Below, piece by piece: positions 1-13,446 of a DNA stretch of 64,000 nucleotides (position 1 is the first letter of the stretch; each line of letters opens with the position of its first letter). A model generated the notes under the pieces. That model saw only the letters and a list, made by a program, of their open reading frames with translations, was not told the DNA's origin and ran no database searches. This DNA comes from Octopus sinensis (Eukaryota), in assembly GCF_006345805.1 (NCBI RefSeq), contig NC_042997.1, positions 87,110,001-87,174,000 on the forward strand. The letters run 5' to 3'. Position numbers and translations under genes: made by a program.

Positions 1-58
1 TTTTCGTGTTCTGAAAAGGCAACATTTTGGACTTACGATACTTTTGCATAACCCAACG

Positions 59-85
59 ATATATATGTGTATATATATTATATAT

Positions 86-163
<78 letters not shown>

Positions 164-227
164 CATACATACATACATATATATATACATAAATACATAC
201 ATGTATATATACATAAATACATACACG

Positions 228-268
<41 letters not shown>

Positions 269-305
269 AACACAAACACACACATATATATATACTATAT
301 TATAT
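59..305. repeat. (TA)n/(TACA)n microsatellite
   Basis: Long AT dinucleotide run; the source of the poly-YI ORFs. Confidence 0.95.
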
Positions 306-451
306 CATATATTATGTATTAGATAATGTACAAAACGAGTGTCACAAGTCTTAAGAAAGTAGTTATTACTTTAATACTTAAAAGCAAAGGAAAAACTCTT
401 TGGCGTTTTATATTTGTGTGTGTATGTATGTGTATGTACGCATGTGTGCGG

Positions 452-498
<47 letters not shown>

Positions 499-1002
499 TG
501 TGTGTGTGTCTGTGTGTCTGTGTCTGTTTGCGTGTGTGTGCTTAGTCACTCACAAGCGTGTAATTGATTGAACTATATGTTAGCTAATTGTCTTGCTGCC
601 TATGTAGTCGAGCACAAACACTAACAAACTTTGGTCCTCTCGACTCCTTGAACCAGCAAAACTTCGAGGGTGCGACAGATTGATGCGAGAGTGAGCTGGA
701 TCACCATCCGACTTGTACTGATTTTCAGCTGCCTAGTCTGTTGCAACGTGCAACGATGTGTGGTGTTCAAGGACACAACGCACGAACCAATCTGCAAATA
801 GAAACCACACCTTCCCACTATTGTTCATCTCAGGCAGAGCAATGGCGCAAAGTTAACAGAACAACAGGATGTAGTGTACAGGTTCATTGCTCCAGTCTTG
901 CCGGATCTTTGTCTGTTGGAGACCCATACCGTGCACAGAAACATGGAATGGTTTATCACTGGAGGTATCATGTGACAACATGTACACATCATCTATTTTA
1001 AT

Positions 1003-1219
1003 CTTTTATCTTTTACTAGTTTCCGTCATTAGACTGCGGTCATGCTGGGCGCAGTCCTGAAGCGTTTTGAGTCGAATGAATCGACCCCAGTCCTTTTCTT
1101 TAAGCCTGGTACTTATTCTATCAGAGCCTTTTGCCGAACCGGTAAGTTATGGGAACATAAACACACCAACACCGGTTATCAGGCGGTGATGGGGACGAAC
1201 ACAGACACAAAGACATACA

Positions 1220-1294
<75 letters not shown>

Positions 1295-1510
1295 ATTATA
1301 TATATACGACACAAAGACATAATGTATATGTATATATATATATGTATATACGACGTGTTTCGTTCAGTTTTCGTCTACCAAATCCAGTCAAAAGGCCTTG
1401 GCCTGCCCGAGGTTATAGCAAAAGACACTTGTCTAAGGTACCACGGAGTGGGACTGAACCCAGACCATGTGGATGGGAAGCAAACTCCTTACCATACAGC
1501 TACGCTCCAC
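1003..1510 (-). mobile_element. tRNA-derived SINE, family A (full length, internal (TA)n)
   Basis: Minus-strand head GGAGCGTAGCTGTATGGTAAGG...GGGTTCAGTCCC has A-box- and B-box-like motifs. It is followed by a core, an internal microsatellite and the 3' half. Homologous copies recur at 13.4, 23.9, 26.4, 35.1, 47.4 and 54.5 kb. Confidence 0.85.
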
Positions 1511-1721
1511 CTTTCCGATATCTTTTTTAGAGATCTAGAAAAAGGAAAGCAAAACAAAATACACGGATCAACAAAGTTCATAGGATAAAATACTCTTAGA
1601 GGAATTAAAATGCAAAGAAGGATAAAATGTATTTGATTAAAATTTTTCTACAATAATTTTCAAAACATTTTAGGAGACACATAAGGAAATAAATGCACAT
1701 TCTATAACGAAATCACCTATA

Positions 1722-1789
<68 letters not shown>

Positions 1790-1797
1790 TAGTAGTA
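1722..1797. repeat. (AGT)n microsatellite
   Basis: Near-perfect AGT run. Confidence 0.95.
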
Positions 1798-3044
1798 GCC
1801 TTTCACTTTCTATTATTCAACTAAAACCAGATGAAATAATTGATAAATTAATCTTTTAATATTTTAGGATTTTTCGTTTTGAAATTTTTTTTTTCTTTTG
1901 GTTAATTTTATAATCGTAGGTCTCTGTCTTACTTGACAGTTAAAACGTAGATATGTGTGTGTGTAGGGGGTTATTCGAGGGATTTTTTTCTTCTTTCTAT
2001 TTTTTTTTTGTTTTGTCCTAAATCGGGTTTTCTATTACATTCGTTTTTGCATACCTGCACTTATTAACACATCTAGATTAGAAAGAGTACGCCCTATTCC
2101 TTAACCAGATATGTTAATAAGTACAACGGACATGAAAAAAACATATACAAACTTCAAATCTCTGGTACTTTCTCAGCTGATACTTATATTTTGTTCTCTT
2201 TTATGTGTCCAAAGAATTAAAGTGGATATTGTTGATAAAGACTGAAAAATAATTACATTCATTTTCATCTTTACTTAATGTTCCAATGCCTTTCATCGGC
2301 CTACTTTTTCCTATATATTCATCTAGTATTTCGAACTTTATCTCTATCTTTTATCCTCATTTTGTTGTTTGTAGTGGGTTTTAAGTATCTGTCACTATTC
2401 TACTCCAGAAGTCAATGAAATATTCAATGAAATATTGAATCCAGATATATCATACAAAACTTTGCCATATGAAGGTACGCAAAGCACTTTTAGAAGATCA
2501 AAATCACAGTCAGCTTAACACAGAAATGTTACTCTAAAGAGTGGAACGTGAAATTTCCAGCAGACAAAATGGAAAAGGTATTGTCCCGGAGGTTGGCGAG
2601 GAAGATGCACTGGAACAGCCACTCTGACTCACGGAGCTCGCACTTTCCTCCCGATAGCAGTAAGCAGGGATATGGTCCGGAGCCGAGAACTCCGGAGGAC
2701 TCCACTACTACATGCTCGAGCATAAACTTGTCAGTGATTATCCTATGATCTTCGGCAATAAAAAAATAATATTAATGAAACTGCTTTTTGCTTTAATAAT
2801 CGGTGGTTATGATATTACCTTGCCCTGATTATAAATCTTTCTTTCGACTGTCCTTATCAGTTGGATTCTGACGAGAAACGCACGGAAGAGAACAATCGTT
2901 TTCTTCCTTAAACCAATACAAGTTGAGCTCAACACTACAAACTAACGAAAGAACTCTTAATTATACAGCATTCCTTTGAGAAACTCTCACAAAGCGCCTG
3001 TCACTATAACACAGCGTAACACGATTTTTGTATTTGGTTAGCAA

Positions 3045-3295
3045 CTGTTATTTCCTATTTGCTTACACCTAGAAAGTATGAGAAATGGCTAGTATTTTCT
3101 TCAAACTTTGCTTTTGTCACATTTATTCAAACCTCAAAGAATCTCTCTCAACACATGCATTTGATACACTCCTACTACTTCTGCTCATGATCAGAGATGC
3201 ACATACTGTCAACCACCAAGGGACATGCTCAAGTGATTAAGGTCAAGCGAGTGACAAGCAGATCTGTGGTAATGAGCAGAATATGTGCTATAACG
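3045..3295 (+). repeat. Interspersed repeat fragment (family E)
   Basis: CTCTCAACACATG...GATCAGAGATGCACAT...GGACATGCTCAA...TTAAGGTCAA is shared with 43965-44130. Confidence 0.7.
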
Positions 3296-3730
3296 ACATT
3301 TCCGCTTCAGCAACTCAGCGCTGAATCTGATTGAAATGTAATGGAAAATAGATAAGTTTTAAAACAATGATGTCCAGGTTGAAGGGAATAATAGTGATTT
3401 CCTTTGATTTCTAGATTGAAGAAAATAGGAAATAGCAATTACTAACCAAAGACCAAAAAAAATAAATAAATAAAAGTTTTGTTACACAGTGTAATATTTT
3501 CTCTCGACTGTCCTGCAACATCAGTTTGATTTTGATGAGAATAATACACTCAAGCAGGACTCATCTTACCGAAGTCAATATAAAATCTTGAGCTCAACAC
3601 GAATTACTAACGAAAGAAACCCCTCCACTTTAATTATACAACACTTTTATTGCTAACTCTCTTGCGGTACTTGTGAAAACTTGTGTCTGCTGTTTCTATC
3701 AAGCTTCAGCATAATGGAAGTTGGGAGTAA

Positions 3731-4022
3731 GAGAGAGAGTATGTAAGTGTGATAAGTGAAATGGGAGAGAAACTGAAAAGTGAAAGATACGAACCGATGA
3801 TACTTACATATATACATATATACAAATGTATACAGATATACGCATGTGCACATACATACATACATACAATCTTAAATTTGGATTCATTTGTAATTCTCTG
3901 TTAGGACAGTAGAGAGTTTAGCAGGGATGAGTAAAATTAAATACAGAATCATTCAAACTCACACACTCACACGCACAGACACACAAACACACACACACAC
4001 ACACACACACACCACACACACA

Positions 4023-4073
<51 letters not shown>

Positions 4074-4701
4074 TTCATACACATTTACATACAAATCTAC
4101 TCACACACATATACATACACATATAGAGAGAGAGAAGGAAAGGGGAGAGGGAGAGAGAGAAAGAAAGAGAGAGGGGGGAGTTTGAGTGGATAATTTGAGT
4201 TCGAATTACCGAATACAATTATTGCCATATTTTAATTTGACAAGTACAAATGTTTATAGATATAATTTTGGGTGGAACAGAGGTTTCCTCCTAGCAATAA
4301 TATATGCGCGTATGTGTGTGTGAGTATGTATACAAACATATACACCATATATATGAATGCGTGTAGGTATGTGTGTGTATGAGGTTGTAAGTGTGTGTGA
4401 GTAGGCGCGTGCATGCATATATATATGGAGCAGGGTGTATAACCACTAATTATTGCCTTCCGTGCACTTTATGCCCTCAGTGAATGTTTGTTTTATCCCA
4501 TCGTTGAATTTTTTAAATTTCGTATTCTTTATATATTTATTTAAATATGTGGAGCGCAGAATATATAGACATCATTTGTTTACATGTAATATATATGTGC
4601 TTATTAATATATTTAAGTGCATAGTTATGCACTTAGGTGTATTAATACATGTATATACAATATAAATATATATATATATATATATATAATATATATATAC
4701 A

Positions 4702-4759
<58 letters not shown>

Positions 4760-4866
4760 GCACATGCGTATATCTGTATATATTTGTATATATGTATATA
4801 TGTAAGTATCATCGGTTTGTATCTTTCACTTTTCAGTTTCTCTCCCATTTCACTTATCACACTTAC

Positions 4867-4879
<13 letters not shown>
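3731..4879. repeat. Inverted duplication (3731-3867 vs 4744-4879)
   Basis: The ~135-bp segments are near-exact reverse complements. ORFs 3653..3865(-) and 4744..5028(+) begin with almost the same peptide. Confidence 0.9.
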
Positions 4880-4931
<52 letters not shown>

Positions 4932-5179
4932 ACACACACACACCACTCACACACTCACTCACTCACACTCGCTCACTCACACTCACGCACACACACACAC
5001 AGGCATATGCACCGAAATACACGCGTAAGCAACAACGCCTCAAATTTTGTAGGAATATCTAGAGGGACGGAGAATTTGAGGGGCGAAGGAGAGAAATACG
5101 CATGTATGCATTTCTGTATCACTAAGCGCTTGTATGTTTATACCTATGTTCATTAATTATTTGGTATCCTGATTCACCG

Positions 5180-5386
5180 TTTCACCAACAGTAACGTCGA
5201 CATCAATGGTGGAGAAACTTTTTAGTGCGGCGGGAAGAATTTTCCTAAGAAAAAGGTCCTCGAGCAGATCACAGGTTTATATATGTGTAAATCTTATATA
5301 TATCAATGTATAATTTGTCATAAATTAATAAAGACAAGTTTAACACATTAAATTAACGCGTAACATCTTCATTAACGCCGCCACTG
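5180..5386 (+). mobile_element. hAT transposon 3' remnant
   Basis: Translates PTVTSTSMVEKLFSAAGRIFLRKR, resembling the hAT C-terminal dimerisation motif (S..ERLFS.AG). Ends in TAACGCG...TAACGCCGCCACTG, a TIR-like end (CAGTGGCG on minus). No partner TIR seen. Confidence 0.5.
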
Positions 5387-5929
5387 AATTTAGGACGTTC
5401 ATATTACTTAAGAGGTAGTCTATTTTTTTCAGCTAAAGTGTAGTTGGGTCTCAAGAGGGTGGTATAAACCTAGCAATATGTGTTTTATAGTGAAAACAAA
5501 ATTTCCATTCAAATGGCAATTACTGGACGATTTCTGACCATTTTAAGTCGTTGTGGAAACGTGAACTATGTCGCAAATAGGTATACGAATATTGTATAAA
5601 TTTTGATTGCAAAATTTACTATATTTTGCACATATGAGTATATCAGCCTACGGGCACAATAACACGGGCACAATAACCCCTGGTCTACACCATCAACATT
5701 ACAGCCAACAACAACAATGGCAACAACAGCACTTAAACGATCGTCATCGTCGCCGTCGTCATTTACATCATCATCATAGTCTCCAACAACTACCATCACG
5801 AATATCAAGTTATGAGGGATCATGAGCGATGAAAAAATACCTAGACGCGAATTTTTAATTCAAAACAGCAGCCAAATCTCTCACAAAGTGCACATTACCG
5901 CTTTCTTTTTTACATGGACACGTTAGATA

Positions 5930-5942
5930 ATGAAAGATAAAC

Positions 5943-5975
<33 letters not shown>

Positions 5976-6131
5976 TAATAATAATAATAATAATAATGGA
6001 AGAAGAAGAAGAAGAAGAAGAAGAAGAAGAAGAAGAAGAAGAAGAAGAAGAAGAAGAAGAAGAAGAAGAACTGAAACAAAGTGATATTGGAAGAATTGAA
6101 ACAAATGAAAGATAAACATAATAATAATAAC

Positions 6132-6174
<43 letters not shown>

Positions 6175-6440
6175 GAAAAGAAGAAGAAGAACAACAAGAA
6201 GAAGAAGAAGAAGAAGAAGAAGAAGAAGAAGAAGAAGAAGAAGAAGAAGAAGAACAAGAAGAAGAACAAGAACAAGAACAAGAACAAGAAGAACAAGAAC
6301 AAGAACAAGAACAAGAACAAGAACAAGAAGAACAAGAAGAACAAGAACAAGAAGAAGAACAAGAAGAAGAACAAGAGAAGAACAAGAAGAACAAGAAGAA
6401 GAAGAACTGAAACAAAGTGATATTGGAAGATTTGAAACAA
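5930..6440 (+). repeat. Tandem duplication containing (AAT)n and (GAA)n/(CAAGAA)n
   Basis: The unit ATGAAAGATAAACAT-(AAT)n-(GAA)n-CTGAAACAAAGTGATATTGGAAGA occurs twice, starting at 5930 and 6105. Confidence 0.9.
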
Positions 6441-7739
6441 AGAGTAGTAGCAATCAAAACAAAGCTGGACAGATATGACAATAGAAAAAGACAATTCAGG
6501 TAAAACAGATTGCGTGAAGTAAATCAGAAGAAACTGTTTCGGGAACTAGATGGGCAATTACAAGTAACAATGATGCCAGATAAGGCATTCAGGATATGGA
6601 TCTGGGACCAACCTGAAGAGCATAATAATGAAGTGGAGTGGCTGCATGAAATCCAAGTTAGGTTGAGAGATACAGAAGTCCTAGAAGACAAAGATGACTA
6701 CAGAAATGATAAAAAAGCTGTTAAGAAATTCGAAATTAGAAGAACCCACGACCGGATGGGGTCCAAGAGTATTGGATGAAGAAGCTGAGAGGGCTTCATG
6801 AAAGGATAGCATAATAGCTAGATGTGTGCTTCAAGGAAGGTGCAGTACCCAGCCGGATGACAAAGGGAAAGACATTTTTATGTGCCAAGGATCTTGAAAA
6901 GGGAAATGTTGCAGCCAAGTTTGGACCAATAACATGTCTTCCGCTAATGTGGAAACTAATGTCAGGCGCTTTGGCCGGTGAACTGTACAGATATTTAGAA
7001 ACAAGGGTGCCAAAAAAGGAGCCGGGAAACGAAGTTTCAGTTCTTAATTAAGAATATAATTATTAGGAACTACAAGAGAAGACATACAAACCTGAGCATG
7101 ACGAGTTGACTATCTCAAAACATACGATATGATACCACACTCCTTCATTATAAGAACAATGGAAATGTACAGAGTAGCAAAGAATATGAGAAGCCTTATA
7201 TGGAATACCATGAAATACTGGAGAACGGAATTGACAGTAGGGAAGCAAGTACTAGAAGAAATGAAAATCAAGAGAGGAATCTTCCAAGAGGACTGTGTGT
7301 CCCCACTGATATTCGTGCTGGAAATTATCTCCTTGAGTGAAATACTACAGAAAACAAAGATGGGGTATGATCTGGGAAGAGGTAAGGGAAAACTAAACCA
7401 CTTGCAATTCATGGATGACCTGAAGCTATTCACAAAAACTGAGGCAGAACTGGACAGCCTAATCTGTGCGGATTTTCCCCAACGATATCAAGATGGAGTT
7501 TGGACTCTCAAAATGTACTAAGATGGTGATGTAACGAGTAAACCTTGCCAGGACAGAAGGCATATGGTTACGAAGTGGACAAATGATGAAGTAAATTCAA
7601 CCTCAATCCAGCTATAAATGCCTTTGAATACTTGAGGCAGATAGAATCAAACACTACGACATGAAAGAAAAGACAAAAAGAGAGCACTTGCAGTGAGTGA
7701 GAAAAATATTGGCTTCAAAGCCGAATGCCGAAAACTTAA

Positions 7740-7741
<2 letters not shown>
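6408..7741 (+). mobile_element. Degenerate R4/Dong-clade non-LTR retrotransposon fragment (RT region)
   Basis: Peptides VNQKKLFRELDG, GKTFLCAK..FGPITCLPLMWKL, RGIFQEDCVSPLIF, LNHLQFMDDLKLF and VRKILASK are homologous to the 41-43 kb element. Many stops and frameshifts. Confidence 0.85.
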
Positions 7742-7799
<58 letters not shown>

Positions 7800-7806
<7 letters not shown>

Positions 7807-8025
7807 TGTGCGTGTGTCTTTGTGTCTGTTTTCCTCCACCACCGCTTGACAACCGGAGCTGGTGAGCTTATGTACCCGTAACTTAGCAGTTCAGCAAAAG
7901 AGACCAATAGAATAAGTGCCGGGCTTAAAAAGAAAACAAGTTCTGGGTGGATTCGTTCGACTAAAAATTTCTCAAGGCGGTGCTCCAGCATGGCCGCAGT
8001 CTAATGACTGAAACAAGTTAAAAAT
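7800..8025 (+). mobile_element. SINE-A 3' half
   Basis: CCACCGCTTGACAACC...GGCGGTGCTCCAGCATGGCCGCAGTCTAATGACTGAAACAAG tail. Confidence 0.85.
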
Positions 8026-8089
8026 TAAATATAAAAGATGCAAGAAACAATAAGCATTACACCCACCCCTGACCATTTAGCTTCCAAGG

Positions 8090-8460
8090 AATTTAATATA
8101 TGCCACCGAGAGAGCTTCTACCTGATCATTCGCGCTGTTTAAAAGAAATAGCAACGAAATAGCATACTCTACCTTGTATTTTGAAAGAGATATGCAGAGG
8201 ATAATATTATTCTAGGGACATAGATAATTTCTGGAAAAAAAGGGAAAAGACTGGATTGTCACGTATGGATTGCCCTTCGATCATAAGACTGCTAGATCAG
8301 GGCATGCCTGCAACTAAACAACTATATCAATAACCACCGAAGGAGCTTCTGTGTTGGTCGCACGACCTACTAGAAATAGCAGCAAAATCTCCCTTAAATT
8401 ACATTGTAACAGTCTTCAAAAACAAAGGTGCACACTAGATGATGTACTAGAAGGAAGACA
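8090..8460 (+). repeat. Interspersed repeat family D (two partial copies)
   Basis: TAGAAATAGCAGC.AAATCT... motif also at ~11550, 24640-24810(-), 45720, 54050-54170(-) and 63935. Confidence 0.65.
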
Positions 8461-8881
8461 AGATGATATGTCTACTCTAACAACAACAACAACAACAACA
8501 AACCTACAATTCAGTCAACACCGTCCGCCCAAAACTAGTCAAGCCGTAGAGGCAGACGAGAAAATCGGACGGCTGCTGGGTGTAAATAGAATAGGAATTA
8601 TATTTCACTTATGTCCCGGAGTACAACAGCTGGGCGGTTGCTTCAAATTAGTTAGATTCGAAAGTTTCTTTTGGTGCAGAGTTTTCACTTGTACGACACT
8701 TCGTTATTCTAGGTGTTTTTATCCATGAGGAAGTTCTTGCTTACTTCCTCTCTTTGTATCTATCAGGGTGTTCTTGCTTCCTCTCGTGTAGCATGTCTTC
8801 CTTTATCCGTTCCCTAGCGCACGTGCACACACACATACACACACACATACACACAAACACACGCACACACACACACGCATA

Positions 8882-8927
<46 letters not shown>

Positions 8928-9136
8928 CCGCTCACTTGTAAACACAGACACATACGCAACAGCGCATCACATTCATATCGGAATAATATAAAATCCAACA
9001 AATTTTATACACAGCCAGTGTTGTAAGTGCATGTGAGTGTCCATGTATGCTTGCGTGTTTGTGTTCATGTATGTATATATGTGTGTATAAATACATGCAT
9101 ACATACAGGCACATTCGCATGCGCGCACACACATGT

Positions 9137-9179
<43 letters not shown>

Positions 9180-9254
9180 TAGTAACACGAAACTTCTAGT
9201 AACAACTGTGCAACATCGAAGCCTTAATTGCAGTCGTTAATATTTTTTCTGCTT

Positions 9255-9455
9255 AAAAGGCGAACGCGGAGAGCTAGCAGAATCGTTAGCACGCCGTGCA
9301 AAATGCTTAGCGGCATTTCGTCCATCTTTAAGTTCTGAATTCAAATTTCGCCGAGGTCGATTTTGCCTTTTATCTTTCGGGGTCGATAAAATAAGAACAA
9401 GTTGAGCACAGGGATCGATGTAATCGACTTACTTTTGTGCCAAAATTTGAAATCA
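9255..9455 (+). mobile_element. tRNA-headed SINE, family B
   Basis: AAGGCG..GAGCTAGCAGAATCGTTAGCACGCCG...GAGGTCGATTTTGCCTTT...GGGGTCGATAAAATAAG...CCAAAATTTGAAA; more than 15 copies in the window. Confidence 0.85.
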
Positions 9456-9559
9456 ATATTTATTTTACTTTTTGTATTGAGTGCATATTATTTTTTTACG
9501 CTCGCATATATTATATATGTGGGTATATATGTATGTACATATGTACGTATGCACGTGTG

Positions 9560-9790
9560 AGGCTATATGACCTAGTGGTTAGAGTGTTGCACTCATAATC
9601 GCAAGATAGGGGTTTCAATTCCTGGACCGAGTTGTTCGTTGAGTTCTTGAGCAATTCACTTCGTCTTACGTTGCTCTACAATCACGATTCAGGCTGCATC
9701 GATTTGTTGGAGGGAGTGAGCTAATGTACAAATCACTATAAACAAATCATTCTATTGTTCAGCAAGAAACTGCAGAAGCGTCGTTCTTGG
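9560..9790 (+). mobile_element. tRNA-derived SINE, family C
   Basis: CCTAGTGGTTAGAGTG (A-box-like) and GGTTTCAATTCC (B-box-like); related to 32905-33290. Confidence 0.7.
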
Positions 9791-10284
9791 ACTACGAGAA
9801 ACTACCATCATACATGTATAGCGTACCTCGGTGGTATACTCACTGCTTGAAAGATATCATACAAATAACGTCATAGCAGATAGCAGCCATCTTTCGGATG
9901 CTTAGGACCAGTTGTGTCCGCTGCCCTGATTGGTTGGTTTTGGGGCAGTTTTATCTCTTGCTTTATTTCGCGCCAATGTGTAAACCAACCAATCACAGCC
10001 TTCCGATAAAATCTCGTGACCCAGTCTTCTAGGTTCTTGTCTGGAGCCCACTAATGTCTTTATAAGGCTAGTCACGACAGCCATTTGGGTCTTTGGTCCT
10101 CAAATATTGACCACAGATCATCTAGCGACAGACCAGCTAGTTCCATCGAGACAGCCATGTTCCTCTCTTTATTCCTTTTGGAGCTTATTTTGGCTTCTTT
10201 TGTAAGGCGACCGCGCGGCGTTTAAAAGGAGACATTCAGTCACCATCTCCTTTACGCACGGTCGTCTCTACACATGCATGAGTC

Positions 10285-10505
10285 CTCTTACAATCGTTTC
10301 TAATACAGGCACGAGGCCTGAAATTAGTAGGAGGGACTTGACGATTACATCGACCTTAGTGCGTAACTGGTACTTAATTCATCGAACTGGAAAGAATGAA
10401 AAGCAAAGTCGACCTCGGCAGAATTTGAACTTAGAAAGTAAAACAGGAAGAAGCACCTTTTAGAATTTTGTCTGGCGTGCTAACGATTCTACCGACTCAC
10501 CGTCA
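10285..10505 (-). mobile_element. SINE-B
   Basis: Reverse complement of the family B consensus. Confidence 0.8.
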
Positions 10506-13116
10506 CTAACAATTGCCACTACGTTTTTTGTTTCCTTTCTCCAACTAAGAGGAAAATTTCAATTCATAAAGAATAGTATGCGTATGTCATGCAATAGTTT
10601 ACCTCTTTCTCGAATTCTCTAAATTCACACCAATAACCCACTTCAGTTATTTTCCTAACTCACGGTTGAATATGTATGTGTGTGTGTCTGCGAGTGTGTC
10701 TACGTGTGTGTTATGTATGCGTGTGTGTTTGTATGCGTGTGTGTATGCGTGTGTGTGTGCGTGTGTGTGTGTTGCCTGTAGCTGCATGTATATACACATA
10801 TATAGTTCTTAGATATGTTTGAGTACTCATAATTGTATGTGCCTGTGTGCCTGCGTGCCAATGTGTATATACCTATATAAATGTATGTGTACCTTTCATA
10901 TCTATGCATATGTGTGTATGTGGTGTGTGTGTGTGTGTGAGAGAGGAGAGAGAGAGAGCGCGCGCATACAGATAAAACTGATTTCTGTGACTTACTGTAA
11001 GTGAAAGTACAGTTAGTCTTTCCTGTAGGTATCACGTGGTACACTGCCCACAATGATGACGTCACTGCCACAGAACATTGCAGAAGAGAGAAATAAGTAA
11101 CAGCAATAAATATCAGTTTCGTGTCCTTCAGCACTAGCACTTGTTGTACAGCATGTTTATACAAAAGTACATGGCAGGCTAGATATATTTCGTTAGTCAA
11201 GTGGGTGTAGACAATGACGATAATGATGATGATGATGATGACTGATTTTCCATCGTGTCGACCAAAATGTGCAATTTTGGTCGAATAAGTAAAATGGAAT
11301 AGACAGGACAAGAAGACACACAAGAAATAGAAAGTCGTTGAAGTGGCCACAGAATATATTATTGTCTGTTTAAAGAAAGCTAGAATGTATAATGTGACTA
11401 ATTCATATTCAATAAAATGACTAAAAACATATTTTAGATTTTATTTTAAATCTGGTGGGGGGTGGATTTTATTCATAGATGCAAGGGGAATGGAGAGAAG
11501 GACAAATTCCTAATGGACGCGTGGTAGTAAAAAGGTTAAGAACCACTTCTGTAGATAGTAGAAACAGCAGCCAAATCTTTCTCAAATCACCCCAACCGTC
11601 TTAAGAAAATGGAAGGATATATTGGATGATACATTTCTAGACCAGGCCCTCAGAATTGTTCAGAAGCTAAACAACAATAAGTTTACGCAAGCCACTTTCA
11701 ATGCTCATGGCAAGCCGAATCCTCAGCACATATTGGATTCTTCCCATTTAAAGCAATTCTCTTCACTTACTCTTCTTACTACGAATTACCTCTTGGTCAA
11801 CAGTCCGGGGAGAGACAAAGAGACGAGGGAAAGAAAAGAGAAATTATTTGATTCAACATACTCAATAGAAATGACATTAACAGTGACACCCAACGTAACA
11901 TTTTCATTTACCAGTTTGACGTGATTATGCTGCATCCAGGTATCTGCACCTCTTAGGTCGGCTGGGGTGTCTTTTATCTCTTTCATCAATGTAACAATCT
12001 TTCTCGGGCCTCTTATTTAGATTCCTAAAAAATAATTTTCTTGGTAGGACTACACTACAGTTTGAGTGTGAATAAAACAATGAATTTTTTTTGCATTTAC
12101 TTAATGTGTTTCAGACTTTTAAGCCATTGTCTAAAAGTAATAGATGTGATTTTTTATAGTTTTGGCTTTTATTTATCTACTATTTATTCCTGTAGTTTTA
12201 TTATTCTTTTAATTATTCTTTTAAAAAGCAAAGTAGAAAGAAATAATAAACAGCAAAAATATTGAAATTAGAATAGAAATAGCAAAACAAAAAAAAATTA
12301 CAAAATATTTGTGTCATTTCTTGAACTATTACTGAAAATGGAGATTGTTGTTGTTGCTGATGTTTTCATTTTCTCATTTCTTTTCTTTTATTTTCTTTTC
12401 TTATTTATATCAATTATTTATGAACATTGTTGAGGATCTCGAAAGTCACTAAACCCAGCAGGGGATACACTGAGAAAAGAAAACAAAAAGGAGTAAAGCA
12501 AATAAACGCATACATAGAACACATGAAGGCAAACAAAAGGATGGCAAAAGTAAAGTGAAATATGTCAATAACTTCTTTTTTAAAAAAAGTAAACTTAATA
12601 GACAAAATAAAACAGAATAAATAAATTAACAACAAAATAAACCAATAAAACAAGATGAAATTATATATATGTGAACGTTGCACACAATGGTTTTGTTGAC
12701 TCTTGAATACTCCTCCTTCGACATTGTTTACACGCCCTGGTGTCTTGATATGAACGCATGTAAAGATTTTATGTGGTCACAGCTGGTTTGGCTGACAGTG
12801 CGTCAGAGCATCAGCCACTGGCGCGATGGTTCGAATAAGTAAAAGCACTTATTCCCTTTAACTTTTAATGGCCATTTTGTTGCAAATATTCGAGCCAGGT
12901 CTTCGGTTTAAAGACAATATTCCCACTCCCACTTGCCGTTTCAGAACTACTGAAAAGGGTGTTATGAACATTACTTTTCCTCTTCTGATTAAACAATAAT
13001 AGAATTAAAATTTCAAAACAAATTGAAAGTCAGATACTACGGGGGTGGGGTCGAGTTTTCAGCCATTTTTAAAGTGTACAATTGTCCAATTGTTGAGCTA
13101 GTTGCGCGCACGCACA

Positions 13117-13176
<60 letters not shown>

Positions 13177-13446
13177 TGAATTCAAATGTAGATTTACGAC
13201 AATTAATTGTGCTTTTTATCGTTCATCCCAGGACCTTCGCTTATCCGTTCAAATTACCATCGTTGGCTGCCATCGTTTAATTGTTCACAAGAGTGATAAG
13301 TTGATTGCGGAAAGAAATAAATCATAGATTTTTCGCTTCTTCGCTTGCCTCATGCCCCTAAACAAAATTTTAATAAAGCTACCCAATGAATATATTGAGC
13401 TTTTACTTAAAAGGTCTTCAAAGAAAATAATTATTTCTTACTTTAT

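Noticed and set aside
27-571. ORFs rich in YI, HT, CV, poly-L/I/N/E (here and throughout the track)
   Set aside because: They are translations of (TA)n, (CA)n, (CATA)n, (GA)n and (ATT)n microsatellites, not genes.
741-1001. 86-aa ORF in non-repetitive sequence
   Set aside because: No recognisable motif or supporting splice structure.
2520-2765. GC-richer segment ending in AATAAAAAAA (retroposed 3' end?)
   Set aside because: Cannot be assigned to any LINE or gene from sequence alone.
2864-2882. CTGACGAGAAACG as a hammerhead core
   Set aside because: CUGANGA runs straight into GAAA with no stem II, and no stem I or III partners were found.
10990-11100. Possible small host exon (TCTTTCCTGTAG acceptor on plus; GTAAGT donor on minus)
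   Set aside because: No recognisable protein similarity, no neighbouring exons, and splice-like words are expected by chance in 64 kb.
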